In this document: positions 1 through 7,768 of the stretch, one piece after another
Numbering within the stretch: position 1 is the stretch's first letter
How the letters are laid out: every line of letters begins with the position of its first letter
Source: an uncultured virus (IMG/VR IMGVR_UViG_3300047443_000138)
Taxonomy: Duplodnaviria; Heunggongvirae; Uroviricota; Caudoviricetes
Reading direction: 5' to 3' (one strand)
Length of the DNA stretch: 20,000 nt
Virus record (IMG/VR): IMGVR_UViG_3300047443_000138
Translations under genes and position numbers: made by a program
Notes under the pieces: model-generated
What the model saw: only the letters and a program-made list of their open reading frames with translations
Databases searched by the model: none
Told to the model about the DNA's origin: nothing

Positions 1-345
1 GCTGCCGTTGGGGAACCGCAGCTCGTACTCGGTGCCGTTCCAACGGGCGCCGAGTTCCCTGGCGAAGTTCAGGTTCACCAGCTCGGCGATGAGCGACTCT
101 TTCAGCTCGCCGTAAGTGCGGCGGAACGCGCCGACCCGCAGCCCCGGATACTGCATGCACTCGCGGATCGCGTGCGCGGTGAGCGCCCGGGACTTACCGC
201 CACCGGCGGCTCCGCCGAACAGGACGTCGAACTCTGTCGCAGCGTGGAACTCGCGCTGCTTCGTGGTCGGTTCATAGCCGAGGTCGCCGAAGATGTCCTT
301 CGGCTCGAACGCTTTGGCGGCAAACTCGGCCCACGTGGCGGTCAT
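1..345 (-). CDS. terL: Phage terminase large subunit, N-terminal part (runs off the window)
   Basis: Not in the ORF track; translated manually from ATG at 345: MTATWAEFAAKAFEPKDIFGDLGYEPTTKQREFHAATEFDVLFGGAAGGGKSRALT...GAFRRTYGELKES...ELRFPNGS. Has the P-x-x-KQ motif, Walker A GGAAGGGKS and RRT motif of terminase ATPases; RBS GGGGAGG at 352-358. Confidence 0.92.
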   Translation of the reverse strand, partial: MTATWAEFAAKAFEPKDIFGDLGYEPTTKQREFHAATEFDVLFGGAAGGGKSRALTAHAIRECMQYPGLRVGAFRRTYGELKESLIAELVNLNFARELGARWNGTEYELRFPNGS

Positions 346-360
346 CAGCCGCCTCCCCGG

Positions 361-1029
361 TCAGGATGCGAGCGCCCGCAGATGACGCGGCACCACCTCG
401 GGCACGCGGGCCTGCTGCTCGGAATTGAGATTGAGATCAGCGAGGATCGCCCGAATGGCCTGAGCCACCAGTGAGCCCTGCTGCTCCGCCAGATGAACTC
501 GCCGCTCCTCGATGCCGGCCCGGATGGCTTCCGAGCAGACCTTCACCAGGTGGGTGCGTTCCTGCTGGTACAGCTTGAGCCAGACGTTCGGGACGGCTTC
601 CTCGGTGACGCCGCGGTCCTCGCCGCCGGACTTGCGGCGGGTAGTTCCCCACACGAGGCCGTTCTCGGCGTCAGCACCGGCGTCCTCGACGGTCTCGATC
701 TCTTGGACGCGTTCCCGCAGCCAGGCCACGTGTCCGGCGGTCCACTGCACTTCTTCGAGGAGTGCCTCGGTCGCGGTTGTTTTGATCTTCCGGCCATACG
801 TTTCCGCGAGTACTCGGGCCTTCTCTTCGGTGACGCGCCGTTCACCTGCCTTGATGCTCTGCGGTGCGGCGCCCCCGTGGTACCTGCAGACGTTCTGTCC
901 GGCCATGGCGACGGCTCCGCACTGGCCGCTGGTTGTCTTTTTCCGTCCCCAGCAGCGTCGGTTGCCGTCCGGCCGGAACTCTTCGAAGCCCTCGGGAAGC
1001 TGCCGCCCGTGTCCTTGCTTGGGCATCAC
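361..1029 (-). CDS. terS: Probable terminase small subunit (HGG-motif Zn-binding N-terminus)
   Basis: 222 aa with C..C..CRYHGG motif and helical C-terminus; immediately upstream of terL, same strand. Confidence 0.75.
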   Translation of the reverse strand: MMPKQGHGRQLPEGFEEFRPDGNRRCWGRKKTTSGQCGAVAMAGQNVCRYHGGAAPQSIKAGERRVTEEKARVLAETYGRKIKTTATEALLEEVQWTAGHVAWLRERVQEIETVEDAGADAENGLVWGTTRRKSGGEDRGVTEEAVPNVWLKLYQQERTHLVKVCSEAIRAGIEERRVHLAEQQGSLVAQAIRAILADLNLNSEQQARVPEVVPRHLRALAS

Positions 1030-1454
1030 GCGCCCCCCGTCACCCAGTGTTCGGGCAGCGGCGCCGCGGACTGTTCTTCCATGGGCGCGGGCGGGAGGGC
1101 TTCGGGCGTGCAGTCACAGCCGGGCAGGTCTGCCTCGTTCGGCGCGGTGCACGAGCTGGCGTGAGTAAGGGCAGCCGCGTCCATCGTGATGGCGTGGGGG
1201 CCGCAGGCGTACACGGTGCGGGTCGTGCCGTCGGCGGTCGGTGGCGGTCCGAACTCCGGCTCTGGCAGTTGCGGGTCAGCCAGGAGCCGGATCTGATCAC
1301 GGCGATCCCGTTCGGCCTTTACGACCTCGGCGAGCTCGTCGTCGGTCGGCCGGCGCAGCCAGTTCACGATGGCAGGCTCAGCGCACAGGACGCAGGCGGG
1401 GCCGGACGCCGGCGGCGTGGGCTCGTTGACGGGCGGCATAGCCGGGAAGTCCAC
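1026..1454 (-). CDS. Cys-rich hypothetical phage protein
   Basis: Likely GTG start at 1454 with RBS AAGGGAG; CVLC, CGPH, HASSC, CDC motifs; stop overlaps the terS start (GTGA). Confidence 0.7.
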   Translation of the reverse strand: MDFPAMPPVNEPTPPASGPACVLCAEPAIVNWLRRPTDDELAEVVKAERDRRDQIRLLADPQLPEPEFGPPPTADGTTRTVYACGPHAITMDAAALTHASSCTAPNEADLPGCDCTPEALPPAPMEEQSAAPLPEHWVTGGA

Positions 1455-1557
1455 GGCATCTCCCTTCAGGTGATGTTGAGCAGCCCGAACGGGATGACGG
1501 GAATCTCTGGGTTGTCGGTGATCCGCACCCACATCGTGTACTGGCCTGCGGAAAGGG

Positions 1558-1761
1558 TCACGGTGCCGCCTGGTCCGACGAGGCAGTGGGCGATGTAGGC
1601 GGTGCCGGGTGCGCTGCGGCGATGTGCTGCTGAAGGACGTTGAGGTCCAGGACCGCCGTGACGGTGAACCGGTTGACGCTCGTCTGCTTGATCGGCGCAG
1701 TCAGCGGCGCGTCACAGACCGGGCAGGGCACTTGGATGCTGTTGCCGAGGGGAGACGCCAC
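1558..1761 (-). CDS. Small putative C2H2-type Zn-binding protein
   Basis: 67 aa, CPVC...HIAAAH; RBS GGAGG upstream. Confidence 0.6.
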   Translation of the reverse strand: MASPLGNSIQVPCPVCDAPLTAPIKQTSVNRFTVTAVLDLNVLQQHIAAAHPAPPTSPTASSDQAAP

Positions 1762-1775
1762 GGTTCAACCTCCAC

Positions 1776-2132
1776 TCAGCTGAATTGGCTGTCGCTGAAG
1801 TCGTGACCGCAGGACTTGAATTCGTGGCCGGTCGTCACGCCGTACTGCCTGCCGCCCGGCCGGTTGAGATGGTCGAGCCCGTCGGCCTTGCCGTGGGCCA
1901 GGTCGAGCAGCTCGGCGAGGCTGCATTCCCGGCCGCACTCGTCGACGATGGGCCCGGACAGAGCGCGTCGCACCCAGTGCGCGAAGACTTCGTCGCGCGG
2001 CCATTCGGGGTCGGCGCGGAACAGGAACCGCCAGCCTGCGGACGACTTGCCGAGGTGGATGCGCTCGGATTCCGCGCAGTGCTCGCAGGCGTTGGGGCAG
2101 GACGGGGTGTTCACGTAGTAGTTGGTGCCCAT
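1776..2132 (-). CDS. Conserved phage hypothetical protein (MGTNYY...HLGKSSAGW type)
   Basis: ATG at 2132, 2 nt after the GH16 stop; 118 aa; motif pattern recalled from phage hypothetical proteins. Confidence 0.75.
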   Translation of the reverse strand: MGTNYYVNTPSCPNACEHCAESERIHLGKSSAGWRFLFRADPEWPRDEVFAHWVRRALSGPIVDECGRECSLAELLDLAHGKADGLDHLNRPGGRQYGVTTGHEFKSCGHDFSDSQFS

Positions 2133-2134
2133 AG

Positions 2135-2959
2135 TCAGCTCCAGGTCCAGCCGCGCACGTACTCGATGTCCATCTGGGCGCTGGTGTTCGGCTTCGGCGA
2201 GGCGCCTTCGAGAGCGGTCTCGTTCTGAATGTCCCAGCTCATCGGCGTGTTGGGGACTGCCGTGGTGCTGTGGCCGACGGTCCTGCCGTCGAGCGTGAGG
2301 GTGACGCTGCCGGGCTGCCACGTGATCACCGTGGTGTGCCAGTCGGTCCATCGGGCGCGGGCGTCGTAGGCATCTTGGTCGCCGCCGATGCTGTTGAGGT
2401 GGTGGGCGTAGCCGTTGACGCTGCCCGTCCAGTTCCCTTCGGGGAAGTCGATCTCGCAGTTCGGGCAGGCGCTGTCTGTGACCGGCCATAGCAGGTGCGC
2501 GCTCTTGTAGCCGACGGCAGCTTTGGAGACGCGCCATCGTTCCTCGTACCGGCCGTATCGCTGCCCCATCAGGGCCTTGGGTACGACGGTCGCGGAGTGG
2601 ACGGGGCCGGATGCGCCGCGCCACATGTGGATGTGCAGTTGCCCACCCGAGATCCACAGCGTGGACGCGGGGTCGTAGTAGCCGCCGACCGGGTAGTGGC
2701 GCTGGGTGGCCGTGTCGGGCCAGCCCGCGGGGTATGCCCACCAGGCGGCCCGCACCGAGCCCGTGAGGCCGCCGCAGTACGCCTTCGGAGTGTCCGTGTT
2801 GTGGTCGCAGTCCGTGAAGCGGCCCTTGGCGACGGGGGTGTTGAATCCGTCGGCATAGCGGAGGCGCCAGGTCGGTGTGCTGCCGGCCGCGGTGGGCGCG
2901 GTGAAGCCGACGAGCAGGAGGCCGGCGAGGAGTCCGGCGGTGGTGAGGATGCGGCGCAT
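2135..2959 (-). CDS. Secreted glycoside hydrolase family 16 protein
   Basis: N-terminal signal peptide (MRR plus hydrophobic stretch), YGRYEER, EIDFPE catalytic motif (ExDxxE), WH..W.P, MDIEYVR C-terminal strand; RBS GAGGAGG. Confidence 0.85.
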   Translation of the reverse strand: MRRILTTAGLLAGLLLVGFTAPTAAGSTPTWRLRYADGFNTPVAKGRFTDCDHNTDTPKAYCGGLTGSVRAAWWAYPAGWPDTATQRHYPVGGYYDPASTLWISGGQLHIHMWRGASGPVHSATVVPKALMGQRYGRYEERWRVSKAAVGYKSAHLLWPVTDSACPNCEIDFPEGNWTGSVNGYAHHLNSIGGDQDAYDARARWTDWHTTVITWQPGSVTLTLDGRTVGHSTTAVPNTPMSWDIQNETALEGASPKPNTSAQMDIEYVRGWTWS

Positions 2960-2982
2960 ACGGCCACCTCCTCACGTTGCAA

Positions 2983-3022
2983 GTCCCGCCGCCCGTAACG
3001 GGGGCCGATCGGGCGGCGGGAC
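2983..3022. terminator. GC-rich stem-loop, probable terminator or attenuator
   Basis: Perfect 13-bp inverted repeat GTCCCGCCGCCCG / CGGGCGGCGGGAC with a 14-nt loop, intergenic. Confidence 0.6.
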
Positions 3023-3123
3023 GTCAGGGCGGCATGAGCGGACCGCCCCGGTCTAGGTGGTGTGGCCCGCCGCCGACTGCGACCCTCGACGCGGCCAGCG
3101 GCGGACGACTACGGACGGCCCCG

Positions 3124-3345
3124 TCAGGCAGCCGCCGCCGTGGGCATCGTGGGAGCCCGGCCGGGGATCACGTTGCCGTTCTCGTCCTCGGTCTTCGCGT
3201 TCAACTCGGCGAGGTCGTACCGCACGTTGCCGCGCCCGCGTCCGTGGCGGGTTATCCGGCCTTCGGCGGCCCAGCGGCGGATCGTGCTCGCCGGGCGGCC
3301 CGTCCAGACCGCGGCGAGTTCCTCGGTGACCAGGAATGAGGGCAC
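3124..3345 (-). CDS. Small helix-turn-helix DNA-binding protein (MerR/excisionase-like)
   Basis: GTG start at 3345 with G-rich RBS; 73 aa; EELAAVWTGRPASTIRRWAAEGRI...RYDLAEL. Confidence 0.8.
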   Translation of the reverse strand: MPSFLVTEELAAVWTGRPASTIRRWAAEGRITRHGRGRGNVRYDLAELNAKTEDENGNVIPGRAPTMPTAAAA

Positions 3346-3366
3346 GAATGTCACCCCCTGTGCATA

Positions 3367-3394
3367 CGAAAGGGCCGCCCGATGGGGGCGGCCC
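3367..3394 (-). terminator. Intrinsic terminator
   Basis: 9-bp stem GGGCCGCCC/GGGCGGCCC (3372-3394) followed by TTTCG on the minus strand. Confidence 0.65.
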
Positions 3395-3421
3395 AATGCG
3401 ATAAGAAGTCCAGTGGAGCAG

Positions 3422-3451
3422 ACGATACGCTCAGTCACGTTCTGGGATCAA
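3422..3451 (-). promoter_or_regulatory. Putative housekeeping-sigma promoter for the late operon
   Basis: Minus strand TTGATC (3446-3451) - 18 nt - TATCGT (3422-3427), immediately after the stop at 3453. Confidence 0.55.
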
Positions 3452-3452
3452 G

Positions 3453-4130
3453 TCAAGCAGCGATTCCGGCCATTGGAATCCCCCGAATCGCTGCTCCGAG
3501 CCGCAGCCATTCGTCGCGGTCCCATTTCGTTCCGCAGCCTGCGCAGCGGATGGCGAGCGCCCACGGCGACACCTTCAGCTTCTCCCCGCACGCCGCGCCG
3601 GTTTCTTCGTCGACGACGGGGCAGCAGCCGATCGGCACCCTTTGATCTCGCACCCCGTTCACGACGGCATCCGCCTGCTGGTGCAGCGAGCTGATCAGCT
3701 TCAGGTCGGGGCCGACGTAGGGGTAGTCGGAGCAGGCCCACGGCAGGTTGTTCACGATGACCCCAACGGCACCGGCGAGGCTGGCCTCGTAGCCGCCGCG
3801 CTCGGGGAGCGCCTCCCAGTCGAGGGCGGCCCGCCAGCGCTGCTCGACGCCGAGGAGCATTGACACGATGCCGCCGGGTCCGCGCAGGCTCAGCGGCTGC
3901 AGGGCGACGGGGAGCGGGGCGGTACGGCTGGCGGTGACGCGTCCGCCGGCGCTGGACGTGCTTCCCGGTCGGAGGGCGGCTTCGAGCTGGCGGTAGAGGC
4001 GAGGGAAGGCTTGGGCTTGCTCAACGGCCCGGTCTTCGCAGACGAAGCAGGCGGGGCGGCCGAGTTCGTTTGCGTGGAGGAGGCGGGGGCAGTGGGTGCA
4101 GCGGTAGGCGGGTTCTTGCTCTTCGGGCAT
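3453..4130 (-). CDS. Zn-ribbon protein, putative late-gene regulator
   Basis: ATG at 4130 with RBS GGGAGG; N-terminal CTHC/CFVC, C-terminal CP..CG..CAGCGTKW; position just before the packaging operon. Function is inferred. Confidence 0.7.
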   Translation of the reverse strand: MPEEQEPAYRCTHCPRLLHANELGRPACFVCEDRAVEQAQAFPRLYRQLEAALRPGSTSSAGGRVTASRTAPLPVALQPLSLRGPGGIVSMLLGVEQRWRAALDWEALPERGGYEASLAGAVGVIVNNLPWACSDYPYVGPDLKLISSLHQQADAVVNGVRDQRVPIGCCPVVDEETGAACGEKLKVSPWALAIRCAGCGTKWDRDEWLRLGAAIRGIPMAGIAA

Positions 4131-4190
4131 GGCGGGCCTCCCGGTGTGCATGAGGGTGTTGAGTCCCAGTGTGCACTGTCAGCTGCGATA

Positions 4191-4218
4191 CCTACTGACT
4201 GATTGATCAGTCAGTAGG
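4191..4218. promoter_or_regulatory. 28-bp palindromic operator candidate
   Basis: CCTACTGACTGAT-TG-ATCAGTCAGTAGG, perfect 13-bp arms, intergenic, upstream of the Zn-ribbon gene. Confidence 0.7.
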
Positions 4219-4232
4219 GTCGCCGCGTCGCA

Positions 4233-4694
4233 TCATCGGGGGTCCGGTCCCTTCAGTCCCTCGGACCAGCCCCAGCCCTCGGCGAGGTTCTCGATCGTGG
4301 GACACGGGGCTTCGATGGGGTCGCCTGCGTAGTTACGGCAGGAGCGACAGACGGTCGGCTGCTCGTGGGCGTCGTCGCAGCCGAACTTGTCGCAGGCGCC
4401 ATGGTCGCTGAGGCGGCCATGGTCCGGGACGGCGGCGTGTTGTGCGAGCTGCTGCCGGTCGGCGGCGATCCGGCGCAGCACGGCGGCGGGGTCGTGGCGC
4501 ACGATATGCCGTACCTGATCCGGCGTGGGCCGTCCCTCGTCGTACACGACCGGTTCGCCAGCGGCGTCGGCCACGGCGAAGTGCTCCTTGGCGTACCAGT
4601 CAGGGGTCCCGTCCTTCGATGCCGCTTCCGCGTCGCGCTCGGCCGCGTCCATCGCCTCCCGCAGCCACACCACCATGCGGTCCGTGTCCGTCAT
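4233..4694 (-). CDS. DUF6221-like actinophage protein
   Basis: 153 aa from ATG at 4694; HIVRHDPAAVLRRIAADR and C-terminal CRSC...PCPT motifs. Confidence 0.75.
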   Translation of the reverse strand: MTDTDRMVVWLREAMDAAERDAEAASKDGTPDWYAKEHFAVADAAGEPVVYDEGRPTPDQVRHIVRHDPAAVLRRIAADRQQLAQHAAVPDHGRLSDHGACDKFGCDDAHEQPTVCRSCRNYAGDPIEAPCPTIENLAEGWGWSEGLKGPDPR

Positions 4695-4849
4695 CGGTGG
4701 CCGTTCCGTTCGAGCGTTTTTCGGTACAGGGCACGCATGGAGCGGAGCACCACAGGATGCGTCCTCCTCCTGCCGCGCAGAACTTCCGGATTCCACGCCA
4801 GCGACTGTTCGGCCGGTCGGGGGCGACCACCAGACAGTGTCCATCTCAT
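4691..4849 (-). CDS. Small hypothetical protein (52 aa)
   Basis: ATGA overlaps with neighbours at both ends (translational coupling). Confidence 0.5.
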   Translation of the reverse strand: MRWTLSGGRPRPAEQSLAWNPEVLRGRRRTHPVVLRSMRALYRKTLERNGHR

Positions 4850-4935
4850 CGGTACCTCCCCACCACGAATGCAGCTGAGCAGGCGAGCATGCCCACGCAG
4901 AACCCGGTCAGGGCCCCGAACCACCAAACCGTCAC
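4846..4935 (-). CDS. Tiny single-TM protein (29 aa)
   Basis: MTVWWFGALTGFCVGMLACSAAFVVGRYR; GTGA and ATGA overlaps, RBS GGAG. Confidence 0.5.
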   Translation of the reverse strand: MTVWWFGALTGFCVGMLACSAAFVVGRYR

Positions 4936-5198
4936 CGCTGCTCCTGGCGTCCAAAGCGGCCGACGACTTCTACGGGTTCTCCCGCCGTGACGTACCTCGG
5001 GATCGAGTCGAGGCCGCTGTACTGCGAGGGGTGACCGATTACGGCCTCGCACGGACCGTTGCCCCGCACCTGCATGACACCCACGCTGAACTGTCGCTCA
5101 GAACCAACGCGAAGAATGTCACCGACGTGGACCGGCTCCGCCAAGAACAGCGCGCCACCCGGCCAACCGGGTTGGGCATTGCTGACGACGATGTTCAT
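4932..5198 (-). CDS. Hypothetical protein (88 aa)
   Basis: ATG at 5198 overlapping upstream TGA, RBS GGAGGAG. Confidence 0.6.
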   Translation of the reverse strand: MNIVVSNAQPGWPGGALFLAEPVHVGDILRVGSERQFSVGVMQVRGNGPCEAVIGHPSQYSGLDSIPRYVTAGEPVEVVGRFGRQEQR

Positions 5199-5395
5199 CG
5201 CTGCTCCTCCCACTCGATCCGGATCCCGGCGGCGCGCATGTCCGCCGGCAGCGCCGTCTCCGTCAGGTGCTCGGCGATCGCGTCGGCTTCCTGCCGAATC
5301 CGCTCCCAGTGTGCGGCCCGGTCCGCCTCGGCGACGCGGTGCGCCTGCTCGGCGAGAGCGAGGAAGCCGTCTGGGATCTCAGGGCGTTCGGTCAT
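5195..5395 (-). CDS. Hypothetical protein (66 aa), possibly leaderless
   Basis: No RBS; CATACT -10-like box 6 nt before the ATG. Confidence 0.65.
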   Translation of the reverse strand: MTERPEIPDGFLALAEQAHRVAEADRAAHWERIRQEADAIAEHLTETALPADMRAAGIRIEWEEQR

Positions 5396-5419
5396 GCGGC
5401 CAGTATGCGTCGCCCCGAC

Positions 5420-6148
5420 TCAGCTCCCGTTGGCGATTTTCTCGGCGTCCTTGTCCGCCTTCGCCAGCGCCGCCCGCGCGTCGGCCGCGTCCTTCCGCGT
5501 CGTGGTATTCGGGGCGTCTGGGCTCAGGCCGTCCACGGCGTACTGGGTGATCGCCGCGTTCGCGTCCCCGTTGTCCGACCGCCACTGCTCCAGCAGATCC
5601 GTCGGCTCATTGTCCGCAGTGAAGTAGGCGTCGGCCTTGCTGAACGCGGTCTGCTGCATGTCCAGGCCGACGATCGCCTTCTGGTACCAGGGCGTGAACT
5701 GCGGCGTGCCCGTGACGGTCTCGCCCTGGGCGAGGAAGTCGCGGAAGTCCTGGTCTTCCTTCTCCAGGATCGCCGCAGCCTTCTTCCGAGCCAGCGCGGT
5801 GGCTGGCTTGGGCGACGTCGCGCTGCTCTTGGCCTTGGGGGTATCGCTGGGCGTGACGGACTTGCTGGGCGTGGCGGACTTGCTCGGCTTGCTGGCGACG
5901 ACGGCCTTGGCCGGCTTGGAGACAGAGGCGATGGCTGACGGCTTGGCGTCGCTCGAACTGCTGGCCTTCTTGCCGCTGTCGGTAACGGAGCCGACGACGC
6001 CGAGGATGATGAACAGGCCGAGGGCGCTGAGCAACCAGATGCCCACGAGCTTGCCGATGCTGCGCTTCTTCTTCGGCTGCGGCGTACCCGGCTCCGGGTC
6101 CTGCTGTGGTGTGGCCCATCCTGGCTGGTTTGGCTGCTGCTGGCTCAT
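5420..6148 (-). CDS. Single-pass membrane-anchored surface protein (moron-like)
   Basis: ATG at 6148; Q/P-rich N-terminus, KKKR, one TM helix, S/K/P/A-rich linker, helical C-terminal domain. Confidence 0.8.
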   Translation of the reverse strand: MSQQQPNQPGWATPQQDPEPGTPQPKKKRSIGKLVGIWLLSALGLFIILGVVGSVTDSGKKASSSSDAKPSAIASVSKPAKAVVASKPSKSATPSKSVTPSDTPKAKSSATSPKPATALARKKAAAILEKEDQDFRDFLAQGETVTGTPQFTPWYQKAIVGLDMQQTAFSKADAYFTADNEPTDLLEQWRSDNGDANAAITQYAVDGLSPDAPNTTTRKDAADARAALAKADKDAEKIANGS

Positions 6149-6185
6149 GATGCCCCCCTGGTGGTGCTGATCTCTGTGACGGGTG

Positions 6186-6213
6186 AATGTAGCCGATGTA
6201 AGGACCATGTGAA
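6186..6213 (-). promoter_or_regulatory. Putative promoter of the membrane protein gene
   Basis: TTCACA - 16 nt - TACATT on the minus strand, downstream of a terminator. Confidence 0.4.
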
Positions 6214-6267
6214 GAGCCTGGGGAGGAGCTGTGACACGACCGAGGCAGAAGGCGGACATGGCACACA

Positions 6268-6301
6268 GAAAGCCCGCTCCCTGGTGGGGGCGGGCCCTTT
6301 C
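6268..6301. terminator. Bidirectional intrinsic terminator
   Basis: GAAA-GCCCGCTCCC-tggt-GGGGGCGGGC-CCTTTC; short T-runs on both strands; directly after the stop at 6312. Confidence 0.75.
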
Positions 6302-6311
6302 GTGTGGCGGG

Positions 6312-6536
6312 TCAGGCGTCGGCGCTCAACGCCCGTGCGCATCCCCGGCATTCGCGGATGGCGCCGAGGCTGTATCCGGTGGCAAGCCATCCGGTCTTCC
6401 CGCAGGCGGCTTCGAGCAGGTCCCACCAGCGTTCGTCGTCGGGCCGCCGGGTGCGGTGGTGGGTGCGGCCGTTGACGAAGCGGACGTCGCGGATCGGGTA
6501 CAGCTCGGCCAGCGTCGGGGCGGGCGGGGCAGTCAC
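6312..6536 (-). CDS. Small hypothetical protein, possible Zn-binding (H..C..CRGC)
   Basis: 74 aa, abuts the upstream ORF. Confidence 0.65.
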   Translation of the reverse strand: MTAPPAPTLAELYPIRDVRFVNGRTHHRTRRPDDERWWDLLEAACGKTGWLATGYSLGAIRECRGCARALSADA

Positions 6537-6806
6537 TCACGCACCTCCACCATCTCGGATCTTGTCCGCGACGGCGTCGATACCGTCATTCCATCCGGCG
6601 ACGTACCGCTCAGACCACCCCTTAGGCGTCTCGGTGATCTTCTCGGCGAAGGCTTCACGGGCGACGCGCTTCCGGATCTCCGCTTCAGGATTGGCGAGCG
6701 CCTTCGCTGCCGCCTCCTTCTCAACGCGGTCGAGCAGCTCGTCAAGGTATTCGCCGCCGAGATGGGCGTCGTCGGCGTAGTTGTACAGCTCGTCACGTGC
6801 GTTCAT
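6537..6806 (-). CDS. Hypothetical phage protein
   Basis: 89 aa, RBS GAGG, C-terminal YVAGWNDG motif. Confidence 0.7.
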   Translation of the reverse strand: MNARDELYNYADDAHLGGEYLDELLDRVEKEAAAKALANPEAEIRKRVAREAFAEKITETPKGWSERYVAGWNDGIDAVADKIRDGGGA

Positions 6807-6809
6807 GGT

Positions 6810-6956
6810 TCAGTCCTCGTCTCGGTCGTACAGGGCGTCCCAGTAGCGGTCGTCGTAGCGGGCGCAGGTGCGCGGGTCGTCGTCCCAGTCCCGGCGGGGT
6901 TCGGTGAGCGGCTCCGGCACGTCGACAGCCGGGGCAGGCTCGGACAGGGCGGTCAC
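6810..6956 (-). CDS. Small acidic hypothetical protein (48 aa)
   Basis: Manual translation MTALSEPAPAVDVPEPLTEPRRDWDDDPRTCARYDDRYWDALYDRDED; GTGA overlap; fills the gap exactly. Confidence 0.6.
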   Translation of the reverse strand: MTALSEPAPAVDVPEPLTEPRRDWDDDPRTCARYDDRYWDALYDRDED

Positions 6957-7222
6957 GCGGTCGGCGCCTTCGGGGTCTCGGTACGGGCCGCGTTGAGGGC
7001 TTCGCGGTGCTGGTCCATGGCTTCGTCGCGGGTGGCGGCGCGCTTGTTCGACATGTCGATCACGTATTCGCCGAGGAGCCAGCCGTTGTGGCGGCCATCC
7101 GGACTGTCGTCGAAGATCACAGTGTCGTAGTAGTTCGGGCCGAGCTGCATGGTGGACACGGTCAGCGCCATCTCGTCGCCGTGCACGACGGGCGACTTGC
7201 GGACGGTCTTGGGGAAGCTCAT
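6953..7222 (-). CDS. Hypothetical phage protein
   Basis: 89 aa, RBS AAGGAG. Confidence 0.7.
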   Translation of the reverse strand: MSFPKTVRKSPVVHGDEMALTVSTMQLGPNYYDTVIFDDSPDGRHNGWLLGEYVIDMSNKRAATRDEAMDQHREALNAARTETPKAPTA

Positions 7223-7232
7223 CGGGTTCTCC

Positions 7233-7358
7233 TTACGGGGTGGTGACGGTGGCGGCGGGCTGCGGGGTTTGGTAGTGCACGTCGTGCGGGGCGAAGGCCC
7301 AGAACGCGAACAGCAGCGACAGGAGGAGGCAGAGGCCAGACGTTTGACCGCGCATCAC
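7233..7358 (-). CDS. Tiny hydrophobic or exported peptide (41 aa)
   Basis: MMRGQTSGLCLLLSLLFAFWAFAPHDVHYQTPQPAATVTTP fills the gap between neighbours. Confidence 0.5.
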   Translation of the reverse strand: MMRGQTSGLCLLLSLLFAFWAFAPHDVHYQTPQPAATVTTP

Positions 7359-7365
7359 GGGCTTC

Positions 7366-7704
7366 CTAGGCAGCTAGGGCGAGACGGGCAGCGACGACCT
7401 TGAAGTCGGCGCGGCGCGGGCGGTAGTTCACGGCGATGACCGCTACGGCCTGCGGGGTGTACCGCACGCAGTTCCGCATGTGCCGTCCGGCGTGAACCCG
7501 GCCGGTCGTGCCGACGATCGCGAGCTTGGCGGCGACCTTGCGGAGGGTGCCGACCATGCTGGCCGCGTCCCGGTGGCTGAGGCCCTGCGCCATCGCATGC
7601 GAGGCAAGGGTGCCGGTGCCGCGGCGGGCGATGCGGGCTGCTGCGCGGGTGGCGACGCTGCGGGCCTTGACGGTGGCGCGGCGGCTGCGGTTCGAGCGGA
7701 TCAT
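7366..7704 (-). CDS. Basic hypothetical protein
   Basis: 112 aa, Arg/Ala-rich, RBS AAGGGGG; ends in LALAA. Confidence 0.7.
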   Translation of the reverse strand: MIRSNRSRRATVKARSVATRAAARIARRGTGTLASHAMAQGLSHRDAASMVGTLRKVAAKLAIVGTTGRVHAGRHMRNCVRYTPQAVAVIAVNYRPRRADFKVVAARLALAA

Positions 7705-7738
7705 CGGTTCCCCCTTGGTGCGGTGGTTCGGTGGTGAA

Positions 7739-7760
7739 GCCCGGCCCCGAAAGGCCGGGC
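7739..7760. other. Intergenic stem-loop
   Basis: GCCCGGCC-ccgaaa-GGCCGGGC directly after the stop at 7769. Confidence 0.5.
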
Positions 7761-7768
7761 GGGGCGGG

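Noticed and set aside
1776..2975. 399-aa minus-strand ORF
   Set aside because: The upstream part is an Arg/Pro-rich shadow frame of the GH16 gene; the real gene starts at ATG 2132.
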